Shown piece by piece: positions 49,848 through 63,844 of a DNA stretch of 64,000 nt. This stretch comes from Lama glama (lineage: Eukaryota), in contig CM052816.1 of NCBI GenBank assembly GCA_028534125.1, positions 9,116,001 through 9,180,000 on the forward strand. The letters run 5' to 3'. The translations under genes were made by a program, and so were the position numbers. Under the pieces are notes generated by a model. It made no database searches and had not been told where the DNA came from. It worked only from the letters and a program-made list of their open reading frames with translations. Every line of letters starts with the position of its first letter. The stretch's first letter is position 1.

Positions 49848-50478
49848 TGTTGCTGGCGATTAGGTTCTTGTCGCAGAAAGAATTCAGCGACTTGGAAGTT
49901 AAGAAAGTAAAGTGAGGATTTATTAAGGGATAGATAGTACATGCTCAGAGAGAGAGAGCAGGTGCTCGGGTGAGCAGCTGTGCTGAGTTTCTTTGGCAAG
50001 TTGGTTATATAGGGTGTCAAAATGAATGGGTGGAATATTCATTGGGGAGGGAAGGGTTTGGGGTTGTATTCCCTGATTTCCATCCCAACTCCACTTTCCT
50101 GAGGGGGAAGAGGGATTTTTGTCCTTATTTAGTCTGGATCGGAAGTATCCTGGTGTCGGCATAATGGGTACTTCTAATCTGCAAGGCTAATTTTATTGTA
50201 ATGAGGACATAATGAGCATAATGTTACATTCAGACACTGGAGACTCCCGCCCTTTCCTACCTTTCTTTGCTTGCCTCCAGGACGCTTGTCAGCCCAAATG
50301 TGTGATTTAGTCTCAGTCTAAAGGTTCCTGATTTTCTCTGTCTGCCCAAGGACCCCCTGCAATTTACAAAATGTATGGTTTCTTGCCATTTGGCCCATAC
50401 CCCTCCTTTTTTCTGTCTATTCCCGCCATTTGGCGTCTCCCTTTCTCTGCTATATCTAGCTATCTGCCTGCTCTAACA
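49848..50478 (-). mobile_element. Solo ERV1-type LTR (631 bp)
   Basis: TGTT...AACA termini, 4-bp flanks ctta/ctga, minus-strand TATATAA (50005-11) and AATAAA (49919-24). Confidence 0.8.
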
Positions 50479-53400
50479 CTGATACCACCTGTTTTATGGC
50501 ATTAGTGCAGATCCCTGACTCCTCAATTTAAGGAGGTTTTCATTACCCATACTGCCTTTCTACTCATTTGTATTCCTCCTATTTGAAAGGTTTTCTCTAG
50601 GATTTGGTGATGGGTACTAAGGAGTGGCAAGCAGATGATGAAAACTTTGGCTCAGCCTTCAGGATTTTGCCTTGGCACACTTTGCTGTCTGTCTGTTCAA
50701 TACCTTCTGAGTCTTGCTCTCTCTGTCTCCAGGGTGATAACTACAGAATCTGATTTGATAAAGTTTTTCAGTCTCTCAGTGAGAGAGGTCTTTAGAGGGT
50801 CTTGCCTTCTGTTTCCAGGTGGCACAACACAGACTATATGATCGGCTGTCTACAGACTGAGCTCTAGAGCTGAACCAGGTGGGGTCCACGAAAACTTTGT
50901 GGCCCAATTGGATCGATTCAACAAATAACTTGCTGAGTACTTCCTATGGCCCAGACACTGCTAAAAGCTGTACAGATGAGATACAGTCCCTGAGCTCACA
51001 ATGCTTGTCTTCTAGTTCAGGAAACAGACATTATGTACATAATCACCCAAGGTATCACATAAATGGTGCTCAGTGCCATAAAGGATGTACGTGTTATTTT
51101 TTGGAAAGAAAAAAATGCCTTGTATGCAACAGGTCTTTACAAAACAATGATTCTTTGCATCTCAGTACAATAGGAGCGTAGAAGTCATTATTCCTGGCTT
51201 TTATTCTTATCTTGATTCTTCTAAATCCTATGGAACTGAAGGAGAAATGCTTCAACATTTGGTTTTCACTATAGCTGATACAACTAATCCCTAACATTTC
51301 TGGAATCCTAACCAAGGAAAGAATTTCCTTTGCTGACATGTTCTCATTTGGTCACAAGGCTAGGATATATATCACCACCCAGCTTTTGCAAATGAGGACA
51401 CTTTGTTCAAGGCTTGAGGTAGCTTATGTCCTTCAAAACTTTGAGGTTGTTAAAGTGGAGCAAAAGCCTTCACAATGCTGATTTCTGGGACAGATACTGA
51501 GCACTGCTTGAGGGTGTGTGTGGGACTCTGGGGTCCGATTGTCAGGGTTAGATCCTGGTTGAAGCAGGGATTATTACCTGGTCCACTTACCCTTCAAAGC
51601 CTCATTTTTCCCATTTGTAAACAGAGATAATAATAGTACTGCTCTCTTAGCGCTGCTGTGATGATTAGAGAAGATTGTGTGTGTATATCCCCTAGCACAT
51701 GCTGTTACTGTCATTGTCATTATTACAGGACAAAACAGCAGAGAGCTTAACATGAAGCTTTAGAAGTATGCAATATGAACTTGGATAAGTTTAAAAAAAA
51801 ACTCACTGGGTTTCTTTATTTACAAAGTGGGCTAAGAATTCTCATGGCTTTGGGTTTCTATGAGGATTAAATGAGAGAATATGTACTGAAACTTTGTATC
51901 TCAACACCTGGCACAGGGTCAGCCCCTGGTGAGTGGCAGTTCTTATTATGGAAACAGCGCAAGACCAGTTAGTTGAAGCTGGGCTCTGGCCAGAGGTCAG
52001 GCATTGATCTAGGCAAGGCAGGGATCTGGAAAACCCCAGCAGGGGTTGGTAAGAGGAAGTCTGGGAATGTAGGTGCATTGTCATCACCTGGCCATGGGCT
52101 CATGGCTGATGTCCAGGCAGGAAGGAAGAAACAAAGACTCAACCATAGAGACTAAACCCTGGAAGCAGGACAAATGAGAAAAAGAGTAGACTGAGAGTTG
52201 GAGGAGAGGCAATACCATGGCAGGGCCCAGGTGTCACTGGCCCAGAAATGTATGAGACTTGGGCTCAAGACTGAATCGATGCTGTTCCACCCGCTGTACT
52301 CCTTTATTCTTTGGTTTGGGAGCTTTGTCACACTTACAGCCTGCAGGTGGTGGCTGGAGGACTTAGGGTGCTGGGCCATTCCAGGCCAAGCCAGTGGCTC
52401 ATCTGGTGGGTGAAACAGTATAGCCACTGGTAGTGATAAACACATGGGGTAATGAGTGGCGATAAGAAAGAACCAAGGAAGCTGGAGACCACTTCCCAAT
52501 TTTAGACCATAAGGCACTTGTGTTTTACTGGAACTGTGGATCAGGTGAAGTCTTGGTGGAGGCCTTGATCTTTGGAAAACCCATGCACATGGAGTCCTGA
52601 GGATGCTGTGTGAGCAGCTGGGTCTTTCTAAGTCCTGCCTTTCCCCGTGGGGTTTTTCCTGGAGAGGAATACTGACATCCTCTCTGTTCAGTCGTAGTGA
52701 CCTCAGAGAGAAAAAGTCCAGGATCCAATGCCTGCTCTGTGAGTTTACCCCTCTGTTATACCCCAAATCTTGCTCCTTGGGGACCTGGAGAAAATGACCG
52801 TAGCCCAAGGGTCTCCCAGAACAGCAAATGGTAATAAAGAGAAACAGAGCAAGAAACAGGATCAGTGTGTGAAACCTTGTGCAAGCCACTTCCCATCTCT
52901 GGGACTGGTTTTATCTATAAGATCAGGGGAGAATCTCAACCCAAGCTGCACAATAGAGTCACAATAGTGACTAGTAAGGAGCTTTGACAAAATCCTGGTC
53001 CTTTAGCCACATCCCTAGAGTGTAGGCTAGCTTGTCATGTCCACACAGTGGTGACTTTGCCTGTGTCTGCATTGTAAAGGGCTTCTGGATGATTCTAACT
53101 GCTGCTGGAATTGAGACTACTATCTAGATGGTGCTCAGTGCTCCTTCTTGTTCTAGAATTCTGAACCTGTGCAGCCTGCATTACCTATGCCTCCCTTCTT
53201 CATTAATCCTTGACGTGGGGGAAGAGTTTTCTACACAGTTTCCAGAAAGTTAAAGAGTACTCCATTAAACACCAGAACTTTTGCCCTTCTTTGATTTTTC
53301 TCCTTGTGCAAACTTCACAATCTTTTTGACAATTTAGTTACCACTATGGTCATTCATTTGTACATTTATTCAATAAATATGCATTTGGCATCCACTGTGT

Positions 53401-53782
53401 TAGGTGCTTATGAAAAAAATGTTGTAGTGTAGCTGAAAGATGAATGGACTGTGGGCCAGTAATAATAGCAGTGATAACTAACATTTAAACATTTATCAAG
53501 TGCTTACTCTATGGAGGGCACTCTTCTAAGGACTCTATCTCATTTGATCCTCACAATGATCTTTTGAGCCAGGTACAGTTATATCCCATTTTACAGATAG
53601 AGAATCGAAGCACAAAGAGGTTCTGCACTTTCTCAAGGTCACACAGCTGGTTGAGGCAGACCCAGGATTCATATCAGTCCCTGATCTCCCTGTGTGATTT
53701 GAAACAATGTTGTTTCCTCCTCTGCTGAGTGACTCAGGGCCCCTTTGAACCCTCACATTCTATGAACCCATGTTTCTCCCAG

Positions 53783-53933
53783 GTCCCTCAGGAGGTCCCT
53801 CACCTGCATCAAGGAGAGTCTGCGTATCTTCATCGACCTGGGGGAGAAAGACAAGGCCGCTGAGGCTTGGCTTGGGGCTGGGCGACTCCACTACCTCATG
53901 CAGGAAGATGAACTGGTGGAGCTGTACATGCAG
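53783..53933 (+). CDS. SH3TC2: SH3TC2 exon 13 ([21 protein letters not shown]...DELVELYMQ)
   Basis: Acceptor ctcccag|, donor CAG|gtcggc, 151 nt. Confidence 0.95.
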
Positions 53934-55611
53934 GTCGGCCTCCGGCAGAGCTCATCTGCTGACCTGGGTGGTGGGGGGAGGCAGGTTTACCCTCCGGAGG
54001 GGTCAGCTGGAACTAGGGAGACGTGGTGTCTTTGCCAGTCCTTGGAGGGACAGTCAACCCTGGGCTGCTCCCTGGACACGAGATGGAAACCAGGGCAGTC
54101 TGGCAGGCTGAACACAAGCGGCAGTGAACACACTCACACTCATACAGAGACTCACACAAAGGCAGATCCCACGTGCATGTGTGAGCTCTCAAAGAACGTG
54201 GTGGGAGGCTTGCTCATCTCGCATGTCAGTTTTATCTCTCTTTCCAAAACTCGATACATGACTTCAGAGTTTTGCTGCAGTTTGAGGCAAGGTTGTTGTA
54301 TGCTGGGTGTTAACACTGTTGTTCTTTTATGATTTTTTTTGTTTGCATACCTTTAATATCTGAGATATGGCGTAGCGTAGTGATTAAGGACATGGGCTTT
54401 GCAGAAAGAAAGGCCTGGAATCAAATCACAAGGCCATCGCTTATGAATTGTGTGACCGTAAGCTTGCTACATGAGCTCTCTGGGCTCAGTTTCTTCACGG
54501 GTGGATCTGCCTCTGGGAAAGATTAGGTATAACATTTGCACAGTAAACACATATGCATCTATAAGTATTTACTAAGTGCTTGGGACCTAGTAAATGTTTA
54601 GTAAACGATATTTTATCATCATCTCTACTATTATGTGCACAATATTGACATTGTGATGGCATATAAGAAGATTTCTTCCATCAAAAATATGCCTGTTATC
54701 TTTTCTCCTTCTTATTTCTCATTTTCTCCCCTTTTACTTACCCTTACTCTGTTACTTACACTCAGACAAATTCACTTCCACCAAGACTTAAAAATGGTTG
54801 TGTAACATTGATTGAAGGCTTACTATGCCCAGGAGACTTTGAGCACTTCGCATGCGTGATGTAGTTTAATCCTCACTAAAATGCGGCAGCAGTTTCTGCT
54901 GAAATTCCCATGTGACTGATGAGTCTCAGTGAGGCTGAGGAGCTTGCCTGAAGTAATAGAGCTAGTAAGTGGGGAAACCTGCACACCAGCGATGTGACTT
55001 AAAGCTTTCACTCGCAGACTGTATTCTGCCTTGGGATTTTGGAGCTGGAAGAATTATCAGAAAGCAGACAATTCAGTCTTGCCTTTCACTCCCTGGCAGA
55101 CGAGGTCCAGAGGGAGATTTTGGGGTTTTTCACTGCTGGGTGGCAGAACTGTCTCCAGGATTCCAACTCACTATCTTTGTGTAACTCCATATGCAATAAA
55201 AATAACTGAGGGGTCTTGCCCCAGGGATTCACTGGTCAGAACTAGTCCCCGCCCTCCAACTCTAGGCCCCCACCTGACTTGTGCTTGTGCACTCATTTCC
55301 ACCAAGGTGAGCCGTTCTCTCCCTAAGGCCTGTACTGCTTCCTCATCACATTTTGTTTGGGTGTGATATGAGGTAGCTTGCTTGAGTTATAAGGAGATCA
55401 TAAGGGCCAGGAGAAGGGTAATGGGGTAAAAGACACTAGCACTTGTTTGCCACTAACTGTTGATGTGAATTTGAAAGCTCCTTATTCTTTCTGAGCCTCA
55501 GTTTCTCCATCTGGAAAGTGTAGGTATTGAATGAGATCACCGTTTTCCAAACTTCGGTCATTTATATGTCAAGTTTATGGTTTTGCCATATTCAGATACC
55601 TCTGTGCCATT

Positions 55612-56076
55612 TTTTTTGTATGATATTTCTATTTATTTATTTATTTATTTATTTAAAATTTAGTAATAGTCATTTTACAGTGCTGTGTCAAATTCCAGTG
55701 TAGTGCACAATTCTTCAGTTATATATGAACATACATATATTCAGTGTCACATTCTTTTTTGCTGTGAGCTACCATAAGATCTTGTATATATTTCCCTGTG
55801 TTATACAGTATAATCTTGTTTATCTGTTCTACATTTTGAAATCCCAGTCTGTCCCTTCCCACCCTCCACCCCTTTGGCAACCGCAAGTTTGTATTCTATG
55901 TCTATGAGTCTGTTTCTGTTTTGTATTTATGTTCTTTTTTTTTAGATTCCACATATAAGCGATCTCATATGGTATTTTTCTTTCTCTTTCTGGCTTACTT
56001 CACTTAGAATGACATTCCCTGGGAACATCCATGTCGCTGCAAATGGCGTTATGTTGTCAGTTTTTACGGCTGAATT
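55612..56076 (-). mobile_element. 5'-truncated young L1 3' end with TSD
   Basis: (TTTA)n tail, L1 3'UTR motifs, TSD tctgtgccatt at 55601-11 and 56077-87. Confidence 0.8.
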
Positions 56077-56434
56077 TCTGTGCCATTATTTACTGATTTT
56101 TCTTTGACTCAACTTCACATCAACTTAGCTTTTTACACTAAACAATGCTATCTAAAATCAGAGGTTTGACTTATTATTAATCTTTTAAAAAACACGTTAA
56201 AATAATACTTAACTATTAAAACCAAAGAAGTGTATGTACTGCCAAAAATCATTTCTAGGGCCACCAAAGTAATCTCTCATGGCGTGATGGGGAAATGCTG
56301 GACTAGGGAATCTTGGAGGCTTCTTACCAGCCTTGAGTGTGGGAGACCATTTAGGGTTCAGGGGAGTTTAGCAGAGGGCTAAGCCAGGAGATCAGGGTCT
56401 CATTCCTGCCAGTCCTATAGATGTTCGATCATCC

Positions 56435-56534
56435 NNNNNNNNNNNNNNNNNNNNNNNNNNNNNNNNNNNNNNNNNNNNNNNNNNNNNNNNNNNNNNNNNN
56501 NNNNNNNNNNNNNNNNNNNNNNNNNNNNNNNNNN
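56435..56534. other. Assembly gap (100 N), probable location of SH3TC2 exon 14
   Basis: A run of exactly 100 N between exons 13 and 15. I found no exon-14-like sequence (AAIQTALK...AVEYYR in human) elsewhere in 53934-57575. Confidence 0.9.
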
Positions 56535-57563
56535 ATAAAGTCTGTCATTCTCAAACTTGATAAAACTATCCTTCCTGGGAGAACACACGGTAATAATTAC
56601 ATCTTTTAGGTGCATGGTACTTCACAGTTTGTAGCACACTTCTGTGTTGGCCAGAATGTTCCTAGGTACCATTGCTGGCATGGTGGGAGATGACTGGTCA
56701 ATGGAGGAACACTTTTGCTTAAGGATGTATTAAAATATATTTTAATAATTAAAATGTATAATACCAGCTCAGCAAACCCATAATCTCACAGATATTATTG
56801 CAAAGAATGAGGCAAGATAATAAAAGACAGTTAATCTAAGAAATAATATTAATTAAATAAATGTCCAAATGGTAAGCAGATATTTCAAAAATCATAATAG
56901 TTGTTCATCACTGAAGTTTGGGAAACCTCGTTATTTTATTTGATCCTTAAATTTCACTTATTCAGATATTCATTCATTTGCTTGTTCAGTTGTTTATTCA
57001 GTCATCAAACATCCATCAAGCACTCAAAATGTGCCAGGCACTGAGCTTGGGGTCAGGTGAACAAGAAACACAATCCTGACTGTTGAGGTGTCATGGTCAT
57101 ATGTATTTTATAGATGAGAAAACCAAGACTCAGAGAGATGAAGTGACCTACCCCTAATCCTATCATAATAAAAATAATAGAAATGACTATTTATTGGGCC
57201 CTCTCAGGCACTATGCACATACTCCATGTGTGTACTTTGTACATTAGCACTATGGGTGCTAAGGGAGCACATAACTGGGAGATAACTTCCCATGTGACCT
57301 TGGGGAAAGTCATCTTCTCTTTCCTGCTCTCAGTTTCAGGGGGCCTGATGACCTTTAGTTCTTCCACCTCTAAGGTCTGGGCAGAGCAGCTAAGAGCAAG
57401 GACCAGGAGAGTGGGTTGAGAAAAGCCATGCGTGGAAATATCGCATCCTTCCCCCCTCATTTTAGTCACTGCCATCCCCCCTACTCCTGGCAGTAGGATA
57501 TAATATAGCCTCCTAGAGTAATGTACTTACCAGTAATTCTCGCTAGACTAAGGCTTCTTGTGA

Positions 57564-57737
<174 letters not shown>

Positions 57738-59454
57738 TAACTGTCTAGTGTATTGAATGGGAGTAGTGATGCTCCCCAGGGAGGGGCAACAAAGCCGGAA
57801 CAGCATAGGTTCTGGAGTCAGACTCTGTGGGTTCAAATCCTGGGTCCAACTGTTAGGGAGCCCCCAGTGAAGCAAGTTGCTTAAAGCCTATAAGCCTCAC
57901 ATTTGTCATGGGCAAATCAGGATTACAAATGGCGCCCCCATCATGCAGTTGCTATGAAGACCAAATATAATCCAGGTAAAACCCTCAGCACAGTGCTTGG
58001 TACATAATAAGTCTTTGATAAGTGTTACTTGTGCACACTAATTATATTATATTTGATATTATTCCCTGAGTACAGTAAATGGTATTTTAACACCATTTAC
58101 TATCGTATGTACAGGCAATGCCCCATTACAAAAGCACTGTGCATTAACTTTTTAATTGGTTAATTATTAGTCAAGTGTACATTTTTCATATGGAATTGAA
58201 ATGTAAATGAAGGTCAGATTACCATTGACCTAACTCATCAAGGAGCTGAAATAGCTTGCATTTACAACAAAAGCTAATGGGAAACAATATAAGTCCTTAA
58301 GACAGAAAAAAAAAAGGCAGAATAAAGAAAGATAAACTCATCTTGAATGTTGGTGCTTGAGGAAAAGCAGGTTTGCTTAGAGGAGCCTTGATTAGATGTA
58401 GGGGCAAATGAAATCTTCTGTGATGATTCTGGAAGGGACTTCTGGACATTCTCAAGGGCACGAGATGTGGATGGAACCGGACTTTATTGTGTCTAATTGT
58501 ACTTCAGAGCTCTCTCTCTTCTCTTCCTACCTTTCCCTTTACTGTAGAAAACCTTATTTGAGTGTCTGTCTGCTGATCTCAGGAAGGCCTTGGGGGCCCA
58601 GGCAGCTCTCTCTGGAGTACTCTTTATACTTCCCTGGATGGAAGCTGAAAGGAGGCTATATCCACCCTTCTTATGCACTTCCCTGTGACTGGATTCTTCC
58701 ATATCAGAGAGTTTTCTCTCCCTTGGACTTTCTGTTTTAGTTTTGGCTTTTGGCCCTTTGAAGCTTAAAAGTGATATTTTTGGATTGCATCAAGCAGCCA
58801 CCTTGCAAATACTCTAGAAACAAAATTGGAAGCCTTTGTTCTCTTTAAAAGGCTACTTTGTATTAAAGGAGTTTGTTATTGAAACAACAAACCCACCAAA
58901 AACCAAAACAACACGTTCTGGATTCATTAGACACCAGGGTTCTAAAGCGTGAGTTAAAAGTGAGTAGCTTATCTGAGACCAGAAGCTGGTGAAGGGTCAG
59001 AGGGTGGCGACTCCTCATGGCAGCCGCGGAGAGCTCTCTGAAGAGAGACTTTCACGTGGAGAAGACATTTGTTACACTGTCGGGAATTCTTAGCTACTCT
59101 ATCAAGCTAGTCTTTTCACCTGTCCCATCACAGGGATTTGGAAATAATTTTTCCCCAGAATCCTGAGTTACAGGGACATCTGCAATAAGGAGAGAGTTTT
59201 CTTCAGGAATCATCCAGAAAACCTCGTCTAGCACACGTATTCCAATTAGCCGCTCTCATAGATCCCTGTGTTTTCTTCTGCAGCACGTATCACAGATGTA
59301 CTTTTACCTTTGTGGGATTATTTGAGGGTTGTCTGTGTCCTATGCAATAATAAGCCTCATGCAGGCAGGACCTCTTCTCCTTGGTTACTGTGTCCCAAGC
59401 TTAGTCCCTGATACCCTGGAGACTTTCAGGAGATTGTACAGAGCAAATGAGTGA

Positions 59455-59862
<408 letters not shown>

Positions 59863-60039
59863 TAGTCCCTTTGGAGACCTTGAAGAGGCTCCAGTCTCTG
59901 CTGAGAACACAGCTCCTAGCTCCTCTCCCTCCTTTCCCTGCTGTGATTTTTGTGGCCACTTCGTCTCTCAGCCAGAAATTAATGCAGCATTGTAAATTGA
60001 CTACACTTTAATGAAAAGAAACAAACAAACAAACAACAA

Positions 60040-60500
60040 ACGTGTTTAAGCAAAGAAGGTGATTTATTGGCTCAAGGAACTGGGAAGTTCAGATATAAAC
60101 TTAATTTCAGATAATTTAATTTCTGGCTGCTAGTACTCGAATGTCATCATGAATTTCCCCACCTCTCTCTCTATCTCTTGGCTCTGTATGTTTCTACTTC
60201 TCTTGGTATCTTGGCCTCTTCCCTTCCAGATACTGGCAGGCTCAAGCCCACATCTAAGAGGGTGAGGGACCATTTTGTCTATTAGGTCACACTTGAAAGG
60301 CCCCGGGGACAGGTCAGCTTGAGTCATTTACACACTCCTGAAGCTCTGTGCCCAAGGTGATGCTGCTTCACGATTGTCTGAGCCTGGGTGAGGTGCCACC
60401 CTTGTGCCTGGGGAGGAGGGCCACCAGGGTTAGCAATGTCACAGAACTGCAGCAGAGCGGGCGAGGGGAGTTCCCCCAAGGAACCAGGAGAAGGGAGTGG
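60040..60500 (-). mobile_element. MLT1-like (ERVL-MaLR) LTR relic in intron 16
   Basis: tttaagcaaagaaggtgatttattggctca..actgggaagttcag, cagcttgagtca..cactcctgaa motifs. Confidence 0.45.
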
Positions 60501-60617
60501 GAAAGGAAGTCAGGCAGACGAAATCCAGTGTTCTGAGAGTTCCCAGCACTACCGCCCAGCCTCTCCTGGAAAGTCGGCTAATGCTGTCTCTTCTCTGCCC
60601 CCATGCCTTGGGGTTAG

Positions 60618-60809
60618 GATGCCCACGATGCCACTGAGTACTTCTGGCTGGCCCTGGCCGCAGCGGTCCTTCTGGGTGACGAGGAGCTGGAGGACACCAT
60701 TAGGACCAGGCTGAACAATGTCTGCCGGAGCCCCCTGTGGCACAGCAGCCCCTCTGGGCGCTCCTCGGAGAGGGCCCGGTGGCTGAGTGGAGGGGGCCTG
60801 GCTCTCTGA
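60618..60809 (+). CDS. SH3TC2: SH3TC2 exon 17 coding part (DAHDATEYF...[12 protein letters not shown])
   Basis: Acceptor ggttag|, 192 nt to the TGA at 60807-60809. Confidence 0.96.
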   Translation, partial: DAHDATEYFWLALAAAVLLGDEELEDTIRTRLNNVCRSPLWHSSPSGRSSERARWLSGGGLAL

Positions 60810-61668
60810 GTGAGGACAGCTAAACCATCTCTGACCAGCTGCCATGGCCAGAAGCTACCTCCCTGCCCTAGGCTCTTCGACACTAATCCGGGGGATCTGA
60901 TTCATCACCTGGCCCAGCCTTTTCTCGGCTCACAGTGGGAAGAGCATAGTGCAAGGGGACAGGGCTCATCCTGGGCCCCACAAGGAGTGGATGGTGGAGC
61001 AGGGGTTAGGAGTTCTGGCTTTGTGGGTAGAGCCTTTCCGGTAGACTGTGGCCCTTCCACAATACAGACCCTGAAGTGCGTTTTCTAGACACACAGTTCT
61101 AGAGAAAGTGAGAATCCTTGCGCCTTAGAAAAGCTGTCCCCTTCCCTCAGTGGAGAAATCAGGCTCTGCACTGGAGAGAAGCAAGCAGATTGCACTTTGT
61201 TCCCTTCACTGACTTTTCTCAGGGAAAGACAACCCTCCCCTTGCCAGCAGAGAAACTGGTCATTTCTTTCTTCTCTCTCTCCAGCCGGAGGAGATGCCAC
61301 TCCTGCTCATAGGGACTGGCAGGCAGGGATTCACCTGCTCTTAGCTCAGAAGACACAGCCTCAGAATGGCCAGTTGGAAGGCATAGGGGGTGAGGTCTGA
61401 TGCAGATTCACCATCTCCATCCTGCCCTGAGGCTCTGCCCTCCCATAACCTCCCAGACACCCTGGGGAAGCTTCCCAAGGGCCAAGGCTTAAAAATTGAG
61501 CACTAAGAAAATTATGACCTAAATTACATGTAAATAGTATATGTCATTAAATATTGCTCATTTATTCACACATGTGTCTCCTTAATAATAGGGAGAGATG
61601 AGGTAGGAGACTTGAAGGTTAAATCCCAAGGGGTATTGATTCCAGGGCTGCTCCTGCATGAAACTTCT

Positions 61669-62193
61669 CTATTAGTTGTCTGTCGCTGCATGACACACCC
61701 AGTGGCTTGAAACATTCATTATCCCACAGCTTCTGCAGGAAGGCAGGAATCCAAGTGTGAATTAATTGGGTCCTCTGGCTCAGGGTGGCTCACAGGGCTA
61801 CGATCAAGGCGTCCGCTGCACCTGTAGTCTTCTCAAGCTTAACTAGGGAAGGATCCTTCCAGACTCACATTGCTATCGGCAGGAGTAATTTCCTTTCTTG
61901 CTGTTGGCCACAGGATGCCCACAGGCCCTTCCCTTTGGGCTTCTCCATAGGACAGCTCATGACATGGCAGCCTGCTTCATCAGAGTCAGAAGGACAGGGG
62001 TGAGAGCCAGGACAGGGAGTCAGTGTCTTCTCCTAACTAATCTCAGAAGTGACATCCAACTAGTTTTGCCTGTTTTATTCATTATAAGTGAGTCGCTAGG
62101 TCTAGTCCACTCAAAAAGGGAGGGAATTACCAAGGGTGTGAATACCAGGAGGTGGGGAGTCACTGGGGGCTGTTTCAGAAGCTGCCTACCACA
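61669..62193 (-). mobile_element. MLT1 (ERVL-MaLR) LTR in the 3'UTR region
   Basis: gggtcctctggctcagggt..tcacagggct..atcaagg, catggcagcctgcttcatcaga, ending gctgcctaccaca. Confidence 0.75.
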
Positions 62194-62204
62194 GTATCTG
62201 AGTT

Positions 62205-62500
62205 ATTTGATAATGGAATCAGGAGTTCTCTGAAGCAGAATCTCTAGGCCCAGGAGCCCTAGCTTTACCCCACTCCCCAGATGATTCTAAGGCTCACCAA
62301 AGCATGAGAAGCCCTACCCGGGGACCATGGTTCTCAGAGTATGCAAAGGGATCATCTGGGGAGCTTGCTGAGAATGAACCTTCTGGTTCTTACCCCAATA
62401 ATTCTGCTTCAGTAGATCTGGGAGATGTCCTAGGAACATGCATTTTGAATGCACATCTCAAGTGAGCCTGATGGAGGTGGTTCACCCTTGCTCTAAAATA
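62205..62500. mobile_element. MER5-like hAT elements in the 3'UTR region
   Basis: ccccagatgattctaa..gagaagcc; ggttctcagagt..atcatctggggagcttg..attctgcttcagtagatctggg. Confidence 0.55.
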
Positions 62501-63039
62501 TGGGAACATGCAAGAATATCTAGCCATAGGGCTCACCACCTGACACCCAACAGCTTTGATTTTACTGTCAGGCCCTCTGCCTTACTTTCGAGCTTCTTGG
62601 GCCAGCCAGATGGTTGGTGGTGGGGTGGAGTGGGATGAGGGGGTAAGTTGAGTCAGCATTGCATCTTCTACTCACCAAGGTTATGTACACATCAGTATAT
62701 CTTATTTTCTCTTAGTAGCTTGTTGGTTGTCAAAACACCCTAGACTCTAGAGTATTCTTCTCCAGGAAGGAAATGAAGTGACCTAGTTCACTACCAAGTA
62801 AGACAGATGTGGTTTTGTTCTCACCACAAACCATAAAATCCCCAGGCGGGGAGGAGTGTTGAAGATGAGTTTGACCTCCCATGCAGAGTCCTTTCAGCCT
62901 CATTCCAGGGAGACCAACAAGGGCACATGCATTCCAGAATGGTTGTGCATCTTGTATTTGAAGAAGGCTTGCTTGGCCCTGGGACCCATGCCATGAACCA
63001 TTCCCCGTTTGTCTCAGGTTACAGACCCTCTCCCTTTTC

Positions 63040-63740
63040 CCCACTGACCTATTACTCTCTTTGGCCAGATGCCAATGTCTGTCCCCCTGAGTATGGTTGC
63101 TATAACTGGTATATGCCAGTGGGCAGAGAGTACAGAAGGTCATTACTGTACTACATGTAACTATTTTAACATTGCATTAAGGTTTTTCTTCTTTCCAGCA
63201 GCTGTGTCTCACCATTGGCTCACATTGAGCTTATGATCAGTTGAGACCTCTTCTCACATGAGTTTCTGTTTGATTGGATCTTTCTCAATTGTTACAAATA
63301 TAAATACACACATAAGTACATATATATATATATGTGTGTGTATGTGTATGTATTTAGGTGAAGGGCATAATAACTATCCATTTTACATTTCACTGGGAAA
63401 TTTGGTAAAATTTTCTGATACTGTGCACTTTGGTTTACCTGTAAATCTGGTAAATTTGCCTTTAACCAGGTCAATTATAAAAATGTTTAGCACATCTCCA
63501 AAGACAAGGATAAAACTATTTTTTTAAATGAGAAAAACATTGTTCTGTATCATTGCAGTGAATACATCCTGTATGCAAATTACTCTGCTGAAATAGTCTT
63601 TAAACATGTCTGAAAATCCGATTTAAAAAATGTGGTGACTATATCCCCTGGAATCATGCTGATGCTGTGTTTCATGATCCACAGAGAGTGAGTGAAATGG
63701 TGTTTGGATGTGGTCTCTGTTTAAGCAGGTTTTATTATAC
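63040..63740 (-). mobile_element. Ancient CR1/L3-like LINE relic (interrupted by (TA)n(TG)n at ~63320-63350)
   Basis: gcagctgtgtctcaccattggctcacattgagcttatgatca.. and gagtgaaatggtgtttgg motifs, recalled as L3/CR1-like. Confidence 0.4.
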
Positions 63741-63838
63741 GTATATAGCAGCCAAAGATGAATCACTTACCCTCTTTACCCTAATCCTCCCCCACATTTA
63801 GTGGTCTGCCTGGCTCCTGGCTCCTTGCATCTAATCTA

Positions 63839-63844
63839 AATAAA
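63839..63844 (+). terminator. First canonical AATAAA after the SH3TC2 stop codon (candidate polyadenylation signal); a variant ATTAAA lies at 61546-61551
   Basis: Manual scan of 60810-64000. T-rich sequence follows downstream. Confidence 0.35.

Noticed and set aside
52152..52889. 245-aa minus-strand ORF in intron 12
   Set aside because: It has no recognisable domain or retrocopy hallmarks and is consistent with a chance ORF.
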